A DNA stretch of 64,000 nt, taken from contig NW_002060956.1 in assembly GCF_000150275.1 (NCBI RefSeq), forward strand, positions 1,114,280-1,178,279, written 5' to 3'. Under the pieces are notes generated by a model. That model ran no database searches. It saw only the letters and a program-made list of their open reading frames with translations, and was not told where the DNA came from. This DNA is from Trichoplax adhaerens (Eukaryota; Animalia; Placozoa). Of this stretch, positions 1-18,491 are shown one piece after another. A program made the position numbers and the translations under genes. Every line of letters begins with the position of its first letter. Position 1 is the first letter of the stretch.

Positions 1-3000
1 TAAAATAGGCATAGCTGTGAATTTTAGCAAAGTAAGCCATTCCGGTAAGCGCAGTAGATAGTATCATAGCTGTTTGAGTTTAGGGTTGCAATATGAATCA
101 TAATTAGCACACTGTACTATTGACATTTTTATGAATTAATCTTTCCTTTTTAGTTACGGAAGTCGCTTAAATTCGTAAAATTAAAGTCACAATATTGAGA
201 TATACGCGTAAATTATTAAGCCATAATAAATAATACATAGTAGATATATGCTTATTTTATTTAATGTAAAGTGATTTTTATTTTATTTTATTTTACTGTA
301 TTGCTTGGTCAACTACTGTTAAAGATATTAGATGAGAATTTTAATATATTAATCGTGATTTTGGTATCCCTACATCTTTTATATACTCAGACTTTATTAC
401 CTAGCATTCCAAATGTTAGAAAATATCGCTTGTTGACCCGTTCTGCAATATATGCGCTACAAGACAAAAATGAGTATACTTATGATAGTCGTAGCAATCA
501 CGGAAAGCAGTCTTACATAAGTATCAACCTTACCTTAGTATCATTCCGAAGCCATAAATTAATAAAAACGAAACATCCATTACCGCTAGCAAGTAGCTGC
601 CGTTATGTTCATCTAAATAGTGATATATATATAAGACTTGGTTTATTGCTATAGTTTGCGTTTGTATCAGAACCTGATAAAATAGAGCGTTATTCTTGAA
701 CTAAAATTTTTACATGATAACTTTTATAACTGCAAGTAGTATTGATTGCTGAAATAAAATTTATTAAATATTAATGCTAACACTTAAAAATGTATACGTT
801 CACCATATATCAATATTATTTATGCTCTTGGAGCCATGAAAGCACAATTAGGTATGCATAATGCCTAGGTCTTATAGACATTATGCATATCTACTGGACG
901 TTTGTAGCTTCAACAGTTTCATTGTGTTATCTCTCACTGTTATTGCAATTCTGAAATTTACTTACTGAATGGCTTCCATTGAGGGCATAACATATTTAAA
1001 TTCGAATCGTTAATAGAAATAAATTCGGACGGGCTTATGTTAGAAGAAGAGTAACCGGCGTGATTGAGGTAACTTAGAATCTTGGACGTGCAATTGAGTG
1101 TATACAAAGAGCTCTAAAAGATAATGAAAATCTATTAATTAATATAATATAATTTATGCTGTGTTTTGATAATTAAATTCGTTTTCTGATTTAAATTAAT
1201 TTGTTTGTTAGTTTCAAGTTTTCATAAAGATTTAAATTTTTACCTTAACAACGCTAAGAACTCTTCGATCCATGTGAAAACAAGAATAGGCTAGGTAAGT
1301 TAGTATCCAGGCCCAAGCTGCATACCTATACCCGTATACATTAAACAGTAAGAATAAAAGTATGATGAGAAGGTAAGAAGTAACGGTCAATATTATTCTT
1401 ATTATTCGATTTCAAGTAATGGATAATAGATAGTAGGACAAGAAACATTGATAAATAAAAGTCTTGTAAAAAGTACGTTATATAGAAATTGATTTCATTA
1501 TTATTTCCATGAAGTTAAAGGCCTGCTGTCATATTAAAAATTAGATTTAGTACCCATAATCCAAGCCCCGCATATATAAATTGCTGATGATCCAGCAAGC
1601 AAAACTTTTAATCTATCGAAGTTTTATTGCATGATCGGTCTCAATTTTAATTTACGAAAAGCATCTCACCACGTACTGAAATACGTGAGACCGACATTAA
1701 TGGGCATTAATTTCTGCCTTGAGAAATTACGTAGGCGCTGCTAAATTTTCATAGGAATACGATAGATTGATCACTTGAATAGTGTTAACGAAATTACTAT
1801 TCGAATTTAAAGACTGTAAATATCCCTGTTGGTGATGAAAATCTTAGCTGATGGGCGTAGTTGAGAAAAGTACTTTAAGTTAAATTGGATATGAACGATA
1901 ATATTGAAACGGATTTCAGGGCACGTAAAAAAAACTGACCGATTAAAATCTCACTACTGCAGTTATCTATCAATTTGAATGCTTGAAATTGATCCTTTGA
2001 TTAGATTCAACGAGACTGATATTATTTCTTACCCTTACTGAAAGGTAATATTAAAAACTGGCCGATTAAATCTAAATGTACCGATACCGGTAACGAACAT
2101 TTACCTAAAACATTTGGAGCTATCTGATGTCAAAAGTTCAGCATTGATTGTATATCGGTAGCGCTATATGGAGCAGAGTGATCGCTTCAATGAACAACTA
2201 AGTCAATGATGATGAAGACATCGAATATGCGACATTTCCGACAAAATTACAAAAGTCGATTCAAACTGTTGAAGTTTTCAATCATCGCTATTACTACATA
2301 TCTATCTATGATCTAATCTATGGTATAAAGATTAAGTAGGTGTCAAGACAGTTAAAAACTGTCTATTTTTGTATTCTAGTACAATTAACGAAGCGATTAT
2401 TAAAAAATCGATCGATCATCAAAATATTTAATATCCTGTAGGTTACTGCAACTGCTTGAAGTATAAAAAATTTCCTGTAATTGATCCTATTTGCTATAGG
2501 GTACAGTAGTATCGAAAAGTTCAGTGTAGGTAATATTATTAAATATTTAAGAGTAAGTTATTATAAAATTCTGTAGTATCGTAGCTCGTAGTAAAGTGTG
2601 GATAATAATATACAGTAGATAGTACAGTATATATTTAATCCGTCACATTTATTGTATCAAATTAAAGATGGAAGGAGCGATACCTTAGCTACTATTTCTT
2701 AGGCGTGATATCACCTGATCTTTTTAACTGATGGTTTATAATGACTAATTTAACGAGAATTAAAAACAAATAGACCGTTACGCTTTTACAGTCTTAATAA
2801 ATCCGCTACAGTTGAAGTTAACCGCCTCCAGAATTCTTTTATGCTTGCTAGTAACTAGTAATAGAGAATTAGCCCAGCAACTGATCAGTCATTCATGTAA
2901 TTGAATACTAGTACCGATATCAAGTTCATCCTAAAGAGTAATCATAATCAATCCTTGCCATTTCTAATTAGACGTGATTTTATTATTGTGCTTCATTAAT

Positions 3001-3184
3001 CATGATAAAAGAATGAGTTTAAAAATAAATTAGGGGCAAAGATTAAAACAAAATCTTACAAATCTTCTCTTTTTTGTCTTCTTAAGAAGCGTATTAATGG
3101 TGGGCCTCCTTCGTTCTCATCTTTGTTTTCCGATACACCTTTCGTATGCTTAGTTATGGGTAGTTTTTCGTTCTTACTTGCCAT
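1..3184 (-). CDS. SLC37A2: SLC37A1/SLC37A2-like sugar-phosphate exchanger (MFS), multi-exon, runs off the window start
   Basis: Spliced exons (~3060-3184, 1244-1325, 966-1113, 534-612, 401-458, 1-69) with GT-AG ends read MASKNEK...PPLIRFLRRQKREDLYAAWAWILTYLAYSCFHMDRRVLSVVK...CPQWKPF...LLAVMDVSFLLIYGFGMILSAYIAERVNKRYFLTFGML...TGMAYFAKIHSYAYF. This matches the SLC37A1/2 N-terminus (TFLxYxxxHxxRKxISxVK, CxWxPF, GERxxxRYYL). A1 versus A2 orthology cannot be resolved. Confidence 0.85.
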
Positions 3185-5888
3185 AATAATTTATTTATTT
3201 CTAGTCCGTGTCGAAATAAATAATTTTGTCTTCAATTCAATTACGGTCAACAAGAGATAATGAACCAATGGGTAGATTCTAAAATTTATAGTTCCTTAAT
3301 CCAAATTATTGACGTGAGATTGCAATTGTTACTAATATTGAAGTGAGTGAGAAATATCGACCATAAAACTCTGGTTACTAGACTCTATTAGAGCGGTATA
3401 CAGTATAGTAGTATCACTGCGTGCTTCTTTTTCTCAATAGTTCTCGTTGAATTAGTTCGAAACTGGCGTGCTATCCAACTCGCAGTTTTTTACTATTTCA
3501 CACCATCATGTTGTTTATTGTCTCATATACAATATGGTGTATTGTATCATTCTAGTGTTTACAATAATATAAATTCAGAGACGAAAGTTGGCCATTCTCC
3601 TTATTACCATGATTAAGAATATACAAAACTCAATAAATTAGTTAATGAGTCACGTGAAAATTGATTAAAGGTGAAAAATCAATGAAATGGTTTAATGTTT
3701 GGACATGCATTTTTTAGTATGTCAAGCTGGTTCTTCCTATTACACGGTGATAGCGTCTCTACCAACCTAGTGATAATAGCTTGGATTTCTTATTAACTTT
3801 ATGTTATTAAACGAATTCGTTCTTCTACAAACAATTACTTGTATCATGGTACAATCTAGCATTCAGATATGATCCATTTTGGGGCTGCACTACATTTACA
3901 TACTCTATTGACTAATAGGCACGCAAGGGAAATTTTGAATACGTTTATTATTTCTATATCGTTGTTAATTCCCTGAAGTGATTTAGAATCACTATAGTCA
4001 TATAACTATGTGGATTAGTGTGCAATTATCAGATAAATTAAAAAGAAAATTTATGCTCATTCCTGAAATGAGTGAGTAGAACTTTTGATCTTATTGATGG
4101 ATTGTAGATGAATAAATCGGATCAATATTGATCTAATAAATCGAATATATTCAACAGGATTGTACATCAAGTATGGGATAGTTCATTTGATCAAGATTAG
4201 AAGCCGTCGACTAACCGTAATTAAATTAAGATATAACTATAGATTGTTGGAAAAATGAATGCAAATTAATGTGCAATAACAACATTTTGAAAGAGGCTTA
4301 ATCAGACGTTATTATACCAAATGGATTGCGGGTATATCACAACATTCAACACCGATTAGATATTTGAAAATTGAAGAGGTAGAGTGATCATAGTGAAGTT
4401 AAACAATAAGTTAAGCTTAAAGAGATGGTTATAAATCAGTGTGCTTGTTATTGTGTGATTTAGTCTGTGAAATTGATCGAATCAAATCTCTGTCGTACGA
4501 GATGATCGCCAGTAATCGTCAATGCGGTAGCCTTCGATAGCATTCTACGTATACTATACACTAATTTAGATATTGAAGGTTTTAAAGAAGTAAATGACCG
4601 CAAAAGCATTAAGCCATAGTTCAAATTAAGGAAATAATAGCAGATCAGTACGAGAATCATTGTATCATTTGTCTGGGATTACTGCAGATAAATTAGATCA
4701 TTATTATGAAAGGGTATAGACTACTAAAAGGTCTTCTTTTAGCAGTCCATGTCAATGGGCAAGGAGCGCAGGTAATCTTTAGTACTCAGCAGAATATATA
4801 GTTTCAAAATAAAAAAGATGACTATTCAAATCAATATGCAACTAACGGGATGGAATAAAACTTAATATTTCCATCCTCTGTTCGTACTTGTAAAGGAATT
4901 TTACATTATGGAATGGAATTCATCAAGTTACTATTAATGATAGGTAATGAAAATTTCTTAGTTTATATGATAAATGTAGTTTGAAATATTGAAATTTTCA
5001 GCGAAAAATAAGCTATATCACACAATTTGGTATTGGTTTACTGAATCTGAAAAATAATTAATGGAAATCTCGTTTACTTGATCTATCCTTGCAATGTAGT
5101 GCTCGTATAAATGCGTGTAACTGACAAAATATTACAGTTTTAACGAGTTATCATACGTTGCAACTTATCAAGCAATTTATTAGTAGAAATGATTAACAGC
5201 CTCAATTGAAAGTACCACGGTAGTAATTAATCAAGTAATCTGCAATCATTTAAGTTAAAAAGTATTCATACATTGACATAGACAAATCCATTCGCTACTA
5301 CATGATGAATTTTATTGCTCCAAGAATTAAAATCTACGAAAAATCTCTTTATTTTCCTTTAGAAATATCTTCACAGTACTATCTAAAAATAAATAAGTTA
5401 TTCTCTTTCAACGATTAACAAGTCTCTCATAGGCTGTTACCCAGTTATTATCAAGATTTAGTACAATTAATAGCTACGATATCAGAAGTCATTTAACATT
5501 CTTAACTATTTCAGATAAAAATTCAATTATACGTTTATCAGCAAGTGAAACTTGATACCGCATATCTCAATCTTTCTCTATATATATTGTACAAGTTACG
5601 TAACTTATTTACAACTCTACAGGCTCAAATTGAAATTGGCCAATGTAGAAGAATGCTATTTAAAAATAATGAGTGAGCCTCAATAAAATTTATCAACGTA
5701 TATTCGAAGGTATGTCTTTGATCCAGATATCATCTGTGAATCTTAAAAACTTATTTATAACAGAGTCGAAGAGATTGCTACTAAAAGATTAGATTATATA
5801 AATTAAGTTTTATTTTATATCGTTGGTGATGATGGGGTTAAAATTCGGATCTTCACTTAATCTCAAGTTATGATTCCCAGTAATATCA

Positions 5889-8779
5889 TTAACCGCATGA
5901 CAGTAGCAATGACGACAAAGCTCTTGTATAAGCTAAAGGCCGAAAATTTTAAAATATATATAAGCTCACATAAAGCTTTAATGCATAGGTCGTTGGTATA
6001 CACGTATGCATAAGAGTTTATGCACGAAATTAAAAACGATTGTAAATTAGTCGGTAAATTGTGGTTAATATACAATATCGCTCTCAACTTACCTTTAGGA
6101 TTTTTGTAAAAGATGCAGTTGTTAGCGCATGTGTCTGGATTAGTTTCCCAAAGATTAGCAGTGCAATTGCACAGTTGAGGAAGTTCGGTATTACTAGCTT
6201 GAAAGCGCTCTTTGATACTTTCCCGTAAAGCGTTTATATATCTGATAATATTGATAAGTGCAAAATAAAAGAATGCATTAATATCTACACTTAAGAAATC
6301 CTACAAGCTAACAGATGATGATCGTAATATGGAATGAGTCATTCTTTAAGATATAAGACATTTACCTTTCCATTTCTTTGTTTCGTTGAAGTTTCTGTTT
6401 TCGCAGTTCAAGCTGCCGCAATACTTCTTCTTCTTCTGCTTTCTGCCTCTTTTTAGCCTACCAATAATCCAAGATAGAAAAAAAGCCAATTCGTTTTATT
6501 TATTTTAAATAGTATAGCAAACCGCCTAAAATTCATTTGCATAGGACATACTTTGCTAGGGCTTTCACCCGTAATGGGATTTTTCGGCTCTAAAGCTTCT
6601 CTTATTTTACTTTCTTCAGTTCGACGTAAACTTTCGTTTCGTTGTTTTATTCTTAAAGTGTTTTAATAAGTAAAGTTATTTAGCTTGCTTTTTGATTATG
6701 ATCGCTTGAAGTTAAATACATGAAGGATAAGATCTGTCCGTGTATTTATCTCTTACTTGGCAACTTTTTGCCTGTGTTGTTTGAGCTTAATGTTTTCTCG
6801 TACTTGTTCACGCTCAATATCCATAAATAAGCGACGATACATGGTATACTGATTGCGAATCTAAAACAAGAGAAGTTATCATTAGTTTGATTTTTTTCTG
6901 AAATGGAATGATGTATGCAAGGGAAATAAGGAAAATCATTAAGACATAATGATGTTGATATTATCCATGATATACTAATAATATTTAAAAGATTATACCT
7001 GTCTTTTGACATCATCCTGTCCTTCATTTACTACAGATTTATTGTGGGACCTACTTTTACTTAATAACTGTTTCTTTTGAATTGGATGTGTATTATCAGC
7101 TTTATCATGCGGTTCATGTATTCCTAGCTGATCCTCTACTGTATCACTATCTGCTAAATGATAAAATTGTTATTTTTATCTCTACGTCGTAATAGATTAG
7201 GATACTTCATACACAGTATTATATAGCTCTAAAATAGATATTAAAGAATGAGTTACCTGCACTCAATTCTATATTTTTATCGTCTTCACCACTGTTCGAA
7301 TCTGTAACGTTCGAAATTTGGTCTGCAAAATGTACTTTAGGTTTTGCCTTGAAACTGATGACTTCAGCACCATAGTCATCATTTGTAACATTTTCCTTTT
7401 CGCTTTCGATATTGGATGTATTGGGGTACTTTATGGCGTAGGAAGAATAAAATCAAAATTGTTTCTGAGTTAAAGTTAATAATTTACTCTTACATCTTGA
7501 GTGGGTGTATCTTTCCATCGCCCACCTGGCAGACTTTGTATCTACAAAGTACAAGATTTAAGTTAAGTAAAATTAAGGTTTGACATTTCAAGGGTGTTTA
7601 TTGAATAACAAATATTATTACTTGAGAAGAAATTTTCCGCGATAAGAGACTTTGTCGAGCAGCACACGATTGCTGACTAACCTGTAAAAATCAGCATTTG
7701 TTATCATAAATTTATATATAAAATGACTAAGATGGTAAGAAAACAGTTCTGAACATATCATTACTTTTTCTGAGTGTTTCAACAATGCAGTATTTCCAGA
7801 ACTAAGTGTTAATGGTTCTCTGACAATCTCCTTTGGTTTATCTTGAAATTGGTCTACACCCGATTTCATAGCTAAATTTGAGTTATCACGAATAATGCAT
7901 GTATCTCGCTAGTTTGTGAAATAGAAATAAATGTCTATTAATAAACTACAAAATTGTGGATATTAAGCAACCTTTATCGAAAGTGGCTGATATAATAATG
8001 ATAGAATTTAGGTAAACAGAAAGTTACATTGCATACTTTGGAAGTTGTACTTTCCACGAATGAGCTCTGACTAATAACATGCCTTTCAATTTCGACCTTT
8101 TTAAATAGTAATAATAAAAATGCACAAATTAATACGTCTTTGCAGACGTTTCCTGCTTATAGCGAGTATTGTAAAAATGTTACCCTTCATCATTTTGAAA
8201 GTCAGTGTATGAAGTGTAAATCACAGCTACTGCTATAATATTTCTTACGGCTTTGTAGGATTTCTCAAGTTGGCGAATGCGTTTTTGATGTTCCATTTGT
8301 TTTACTCTTAATTTAACTTCTTCCTGAAATTGCTTTAGTTTTGATTCTCTCTTTAATTGTTGTGATTTTATCTTTTTTTCTTCTTCAATGGCAGTGATCT
8401 AGATATGCGGATCGAGTATAGACGCCATGAATTTTAAATATTTTTGGTAATTATGAATATCTTGTGAATATTTACGCAAAAATAATTTGAACTACATCTT
8501 ATCCGATGATACCTCAGCATGTTTGTATGCACCCATACGAGAATTTCTTGGCTCTGGCAAGACACATACTGAATGACTACTAGGGTCTTGGCCACGATCG
8601 GCTATATAAGCCCGCGATTTGCCACTGATCGCATTGAAAACAGTTGCTATTGGTCGGTGTTTTGTTTCTGCGGTTAAATCCTTTCGATAACTTTTTGGCA
8701 CCGGTATATGAAGTTTATTACCATTCTTGTTTGTTGCAAAAACAGATTTGGTATTGACCACCATTGTGATGGATTTCAA
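5889..8779 (-). CDS. CCDC15: Coiled-coil domain-containing protein 15 (centriolar), multi-exon
   Basis: First exon is ORF 8492-8779. The exon at ~8227-8398 reads IEEEKKIKSQQLKRESKLKQFQEEVKLRVKQ...LEKSYKA. The C-terminal exons read RYIKALRESIKE...LPQLCNCTANLWETNPDTCANNCIFYKNPK/AYTRALSSLLLSCG*, matching the CCDC15 signature PDTCANNCIFYKNxxAYTRAL. Stop TAA at 5889-5891. The exact start Met is uncertain. Confidence 0.85.
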
Positions 8780-9319
8780 TGGAATTCTTAAAGGTGAGGA
8801 TAGCGGTACATTAATTTATCAAATCAGAGTTATGCAAAACAATTTTTCAGCTATTAATGGTTCTAAATATTTTTCATGGATAGTATATTATCGTAATAAT
8901 AGTATAATATATATATGCATATTGATTTTGCATTTAATTATAATTATATGGTATTGTATGTTTCTGTGGTGATTTAATGATCGATTTACTTTAAAATTTA
9001 ATAGTTAATTATTTCAGCTAGGATAACAGACAATATTGGAAATTAATCATGGAGGTGACTGCTGAAATTGCAGGGTATAAATCAAAGGGTTAACGATGCG
9101 GTCATGAGTTCCATAGCTGAAATTAAATATTAGAGTATGACTTGTTGCTGTTTTAATTTTACCGCAACTCTATTAACAGAGAGCACACTTAACATCAATC
9201 TCGAATCGGGAAGGATCTTATATAAAATTATTACTAATTTCGTATACGCGTACCTACGAGATATATCGTACGTACGATCTACAATGCGAGACTGTGACAA
9301 GACTTGTAAAAAAGATAGG

Positions 9320-10234
9320 GTGGTCTAATTGTATTTATATACTAACATTTACTATCCTGAATAAGTACGAGTCAAATTGAAGTCAATTAATGAAGATGAT
9401 TGGGTTGGTTATAGTTCTTAATTCTATGGCAACATTTATCGCTAGTTCCATCAAAAGATGATGTGGCACTTGTGGTCTAATCGTATCGATATATTAACAA
9501 TTACTATCCAGAATAAATACGAGTCAAATTGAAGTCAATTAATGAAGATGATTGGGTTGGTTGTAGCTCTTAAATTCCATGGCAACATTTATCGCTTGTT
9601 ATATCAAAAGATGATATGGCACTTGTGTTCTAATCGTGTTTATATATTAACAAATACTATCCAGAATGAATACGAATCAAATTGAAGTCAATTAATGAAA
9701 ATGATTGGGTTGGTTATAGCTCTTAAATTCCATGGCAACATTTATCGCTTGTTATATCAAAAGATGATATGGCACTTGTGTTCTAATCGTGTTTATATAT
9801 TAACAATTACTATCCAGAATAAATACGAATCAAACTGAAGTCAATTAATGAAGATGATTGGGTTGGCTATAGTTCTTAATTCCATGGCAACATTCATCGG
9901 TGGTTACATCAAAAGATGATATCGCCCTTGAGGTCTAATCGTGCTTATATATTAACAATTAGTATCCAAAATAAATACGCGTCAAATTGAAGTCAATTAA
10001 TGAAGATGATTGGGTTGGTTATAGTTCTTAATTCCATGGCAACATTCATCGGTGGTTACATCAAAAGATGATATCGCCCTTGTGGTCTAATCGTGCTTAT
10101 ATATTAACAATTAGTATCCACAATAAATACGCGTCAAATTGAAGTCAATTGATGAAGATGATTCGGTTGGTTATCGCTCTTAAATTCCATGGCAACATTG
10201 ATCGCTTGTTGTATCAAAAGATGATATAGCACTT
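9320..10234. repeat. Tandem minisatellite, 6 copies of a 152-153 bp unit
   Basis: Unit starts (GTGGTCTAAT-like) at 9320, 9472, 9625, 9778, 9930 and 10082. The core GTCAAATTGAAGTCAATTAATGAAGATGATTGGGTTGG...CCATGGCAAC is nearly invariant. Confidence 0.97.
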
Positions 10235-11059
10235 ACCGACAGCTATGATGAAAATACGATTTTAATTACGACAAGCTTGGTGCATTCAAATTTTGAGAAA
10301 TTTCTTTAAACTATGCAGTAAGAGATGAACTCTTGTTGCTGATATAAATGGATATCTCCAAGTTCGCTGATTATTGTATTGATTGTTCACTTTCCTCTAA
10401 TCCTTGTAAATTAGTATAGGACTTATTCGATTTCGCTATGGAGATCAGAGAGTACGTCTACCCTGTAATATAGTGTATTATCCATGAGTCCATCAACCAA
10501 CCCTATACAGCTATCCTAACTCGATCCCTTGCGCTACTTCCATACTGATGACGGTACGGTCCAGTATCGATCTATCACGTGATAACATTTGAAATTACTT
10601 TTACATGATAATTTCCGTTAATATTCGTCGTGGGTTCATTACTAGTGTTAGTATCAATCTTTGATATTGTCAGTACGCATGCTCAGGGATAGGTTATCCA
10701 ATTCATTGCTGTTATTATTATTGACCTTGATGAAGAAGTCTTCTTCAGCAGCAAAAATTACAGGGAAAACTAGGGCCGTAACCTTCAAAGAGAATTTTGC
10801 GTTATGAATAGGAGAGTTTAGAGTAGTCTTATTTTTATTCTGTAGTGATAGACTGCCAGGTGTCGTATAGAACAATTTCTTGCTTTTAAAAGGAACGCTA
10901 CTGTAGGCGCTATTCCAGTATAGAACTGTCTAGGACGCATGCGCTATGGGCCTTCTGCTATGACCGTGAACGATAGTGAGACTGTTATTATCGAGCTAAA
11001 ACCATCATGGCGTCCGTTATGATTATCGATTCTGCGCACGAAAGATTCGTGCAGTAGAG

Positions 11060-11225
11060 CAGAGTACAGTACAGTGTACTGTTAGTGTACAGTACAGTAC
11101 TTTCACTTTGCTGCGTCTAATGTACTGTACCGGTACGTTCGCCAGCTGCACACTGTAGTGCACAGTACAGACGGACGACGTCACTACTGGTCAGAGGACG
11201 GTACTTTCCAGGGTACAGTACACCA
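11060..11225. promoter_or_regulatory. TACAG/TACTG-rich island immediately upstream of TBC1D23
   Basis: Dense GTACAGTACAGT/TACTGTAC runs 75-240 bp before the ATG at 11299. A regulatory role is inferred from position only. Confidence 0.45.
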
Positions 11226-11298
11226 AGTCACAGCACGCACACAACGACGACACTCAGTTCTGTTAGTCAAACATTCCCAGTGCTGCCTGCTAGCAAGA

Positions 11299-16211
<4,913 letters not shown>

Positions 16212-18491
16212 TTTATTTCCTATCAGATGTTGGTAACAATGGATATGCAAGCCTCTGTGCTGTAGTAAAAATATCTTTGGGTATGTAATATATGGTCTTA
16301 TTGCTATTATAAACGGTCAATATCAGTGGAATAACTCAAGATTTGAATTATTGACAATAATTTTTAAAGACCTATACGGATATTTATGTAGCTGATTACA
16401 AGTTACGCTCCTCAAATTAATTTCGATATGCGTATGCTGCACAAAGTGATACTGAAATATGAATTGCTTATTATAATTATTATTTAGCACACATTGACAT
16501 GAAGACTGTGATATCGAATTTCATTATTCACAAATACGAAGCGATAGATTTGTCTTAGTATGTCAATTTACGTATTTAACATGCTGTCATGGCCTTTTCT
16601 CTCAAAAATAATACCGCATATAATATTTGTAATGCAATTAGTACTGTAATGGATCCTTCATTTGCTCGCAGAATTGGGAAATAGATTCGATAACGATCTA
16701 CTGAGTATGTGTATTATGGAGGATCTGTTCTTGTAAACTAATTTGCACGTACACAATCGTATTATTTAAGAATGCAATCATTATTACTTTAAAAATTGTA
16801 CAGTTACTACACAGATTGCTATCAATGGTTATCTGTTAATTATATTGCCATAGATGATGTAAATTTAAAAACACGCTTTCCGTGAATTACCGGCTAGTCT
16901 GGTAAGAGTACTACAATCTTTGATATGGGTATGCAGTTTACGGAGGGTGCGTTAGTGATTACATCATAGTTATAGTATCGTAAAATTGCCGATAAAAGAT
17001 ACAAGTTGTGAGTACAATGATCAGATTTAATTTTATAATTTGTTATATGAGTCGATAACCTTGATATTATTATTTAAGCAATGTTGTGCGTATAAATTGT
17101 TACCACGTATTCGTTATTTACTAAAGTTCAACCAATTAGTGCTCATTTTTCTTCCTTAAAGAAACATCTATCATTAAATATTGACATGGATTTTGTTGCA
17201 TGATAGTAGTATATTACAATGAGTATGAAACTGTAATATGTAGTTATGCTGCCCAGTTGTGGCTGTATTCCCAACGATACTTTGCAATAGTGTATTTTTT
17301 TATCATTGTATGTTATGTTCTTGCCGTTATCAATCTATCAATTTAGTTTTAATATTTAACAGCATGGTAGACTGAATGATGATATTTCAAGCTCGGAAAG
17401 ATGACAGCGTAACTTTATTTCATCTTTAATCAGCTAACGGTAGTGACAGCGAAATTGTTTAGAGGAAAAACATTTTTAATAAAAGATATAATAATAATAA
17501 TTAATCGCTGTTAACGTAAGTTATTAATAAATTTATGGGGGGCGATTATCTCTTACTATTCTATTCGTATTAGCTTATGTCTCCGTATGATCATTTTTAA
17601 ATTTACATGTCAAAGCACCAATTTTGGTTGTATCTGGTGTTTTTTTTCGAACGGAACAATCTACAGGAGTCACTATTATAATTAGCCCTATGAGAGAGTA
17701 ATAAAGGCATTATGGAAGCATGATAAACGTTCCCGTAGTCAGTTGCAAGACTACCATATATGCAAACATCATTCGAGACTTAATTGTTATCGATAATTCA
17801 GTATAGAAATGATTTCTTGGCACTCCGTTGCGCATAACAGTATATATTTGTAAGAACGAATTTGCATTATTGAGAATTAATCATAATAAGAAGTTTTCGA
17901 TGGAAAGAATTAAGATTGAGATCCTCATTCCAAAGTGCTCGTTTTGACGATTTGATATCTATGGTATTGCAGATATTCGATATTCTATTGTAGACAAAAT
18001 ATTCGACGACCAGACACGAATGAAACGTTTGTATTTCACGCAAAGAGTGTTTTTGTTTTAGATGAAGTTTTATTACAGTTAAACTAAAGATTTTACTACA
18101 TCTACGATACTACAATACTGAAAAATTGAATATTGCAGTACAGTAAAGACATGGATGACCTTGTTAAGCTATCTTCTTTGACAAACAGCACTTCAAGCTA
18201 ATTTAAGATCACTTTGGTTTACAAATTTTAAATTGTATATCAGTAAACAAGATTTTTCAATTTATTGTAGTATCTTTAGCTTTATGTCACAGCATTATTT
18301 ACGTATTGTCAGTTTAATATGTAGGAGAAAATCTAGTAAGATCGACATGTACAGCAATAAGATGTAGACATAATCAACTATAGTTGGTATTCCAATTTGG
18401 CAGCAATATAGTACGCTTTTCATCATAACATCAAAGAGTCTCCCAATGATTATCAATTCATCATGCTCTTCCAGGTACTTTGAGCTTTTAA

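Noticed and set aside
271-654. 127-aa + strand ORF
   Set aside because: It lies antisense to SLC37A exons and introns, is low-complexity AT-rich, and shows no recognisable protein.
1555-1614. Putative extra hydrophobic exon in SLC37A intron 1
   Set aside because: Its phase is incompatible with the next exon, and exon 1 joins the ~1244-1325 exon directly in frame, matching the family alignment.
5863-6087. 74-aa - strand ORF as the CCDC15 C-terminus
   Set aside because: It is intron read-through. A strong GTAAGT donor and the downstream exon AYTRALSSLLLSCG* match the conserved CCDC15 end.
9320-10234. Possible CRISPR array (also considered for 22560-23271)
   Set aside because: Whole units repeat with no unique spacers, there are no cas genes, and the context is eukaryotic.
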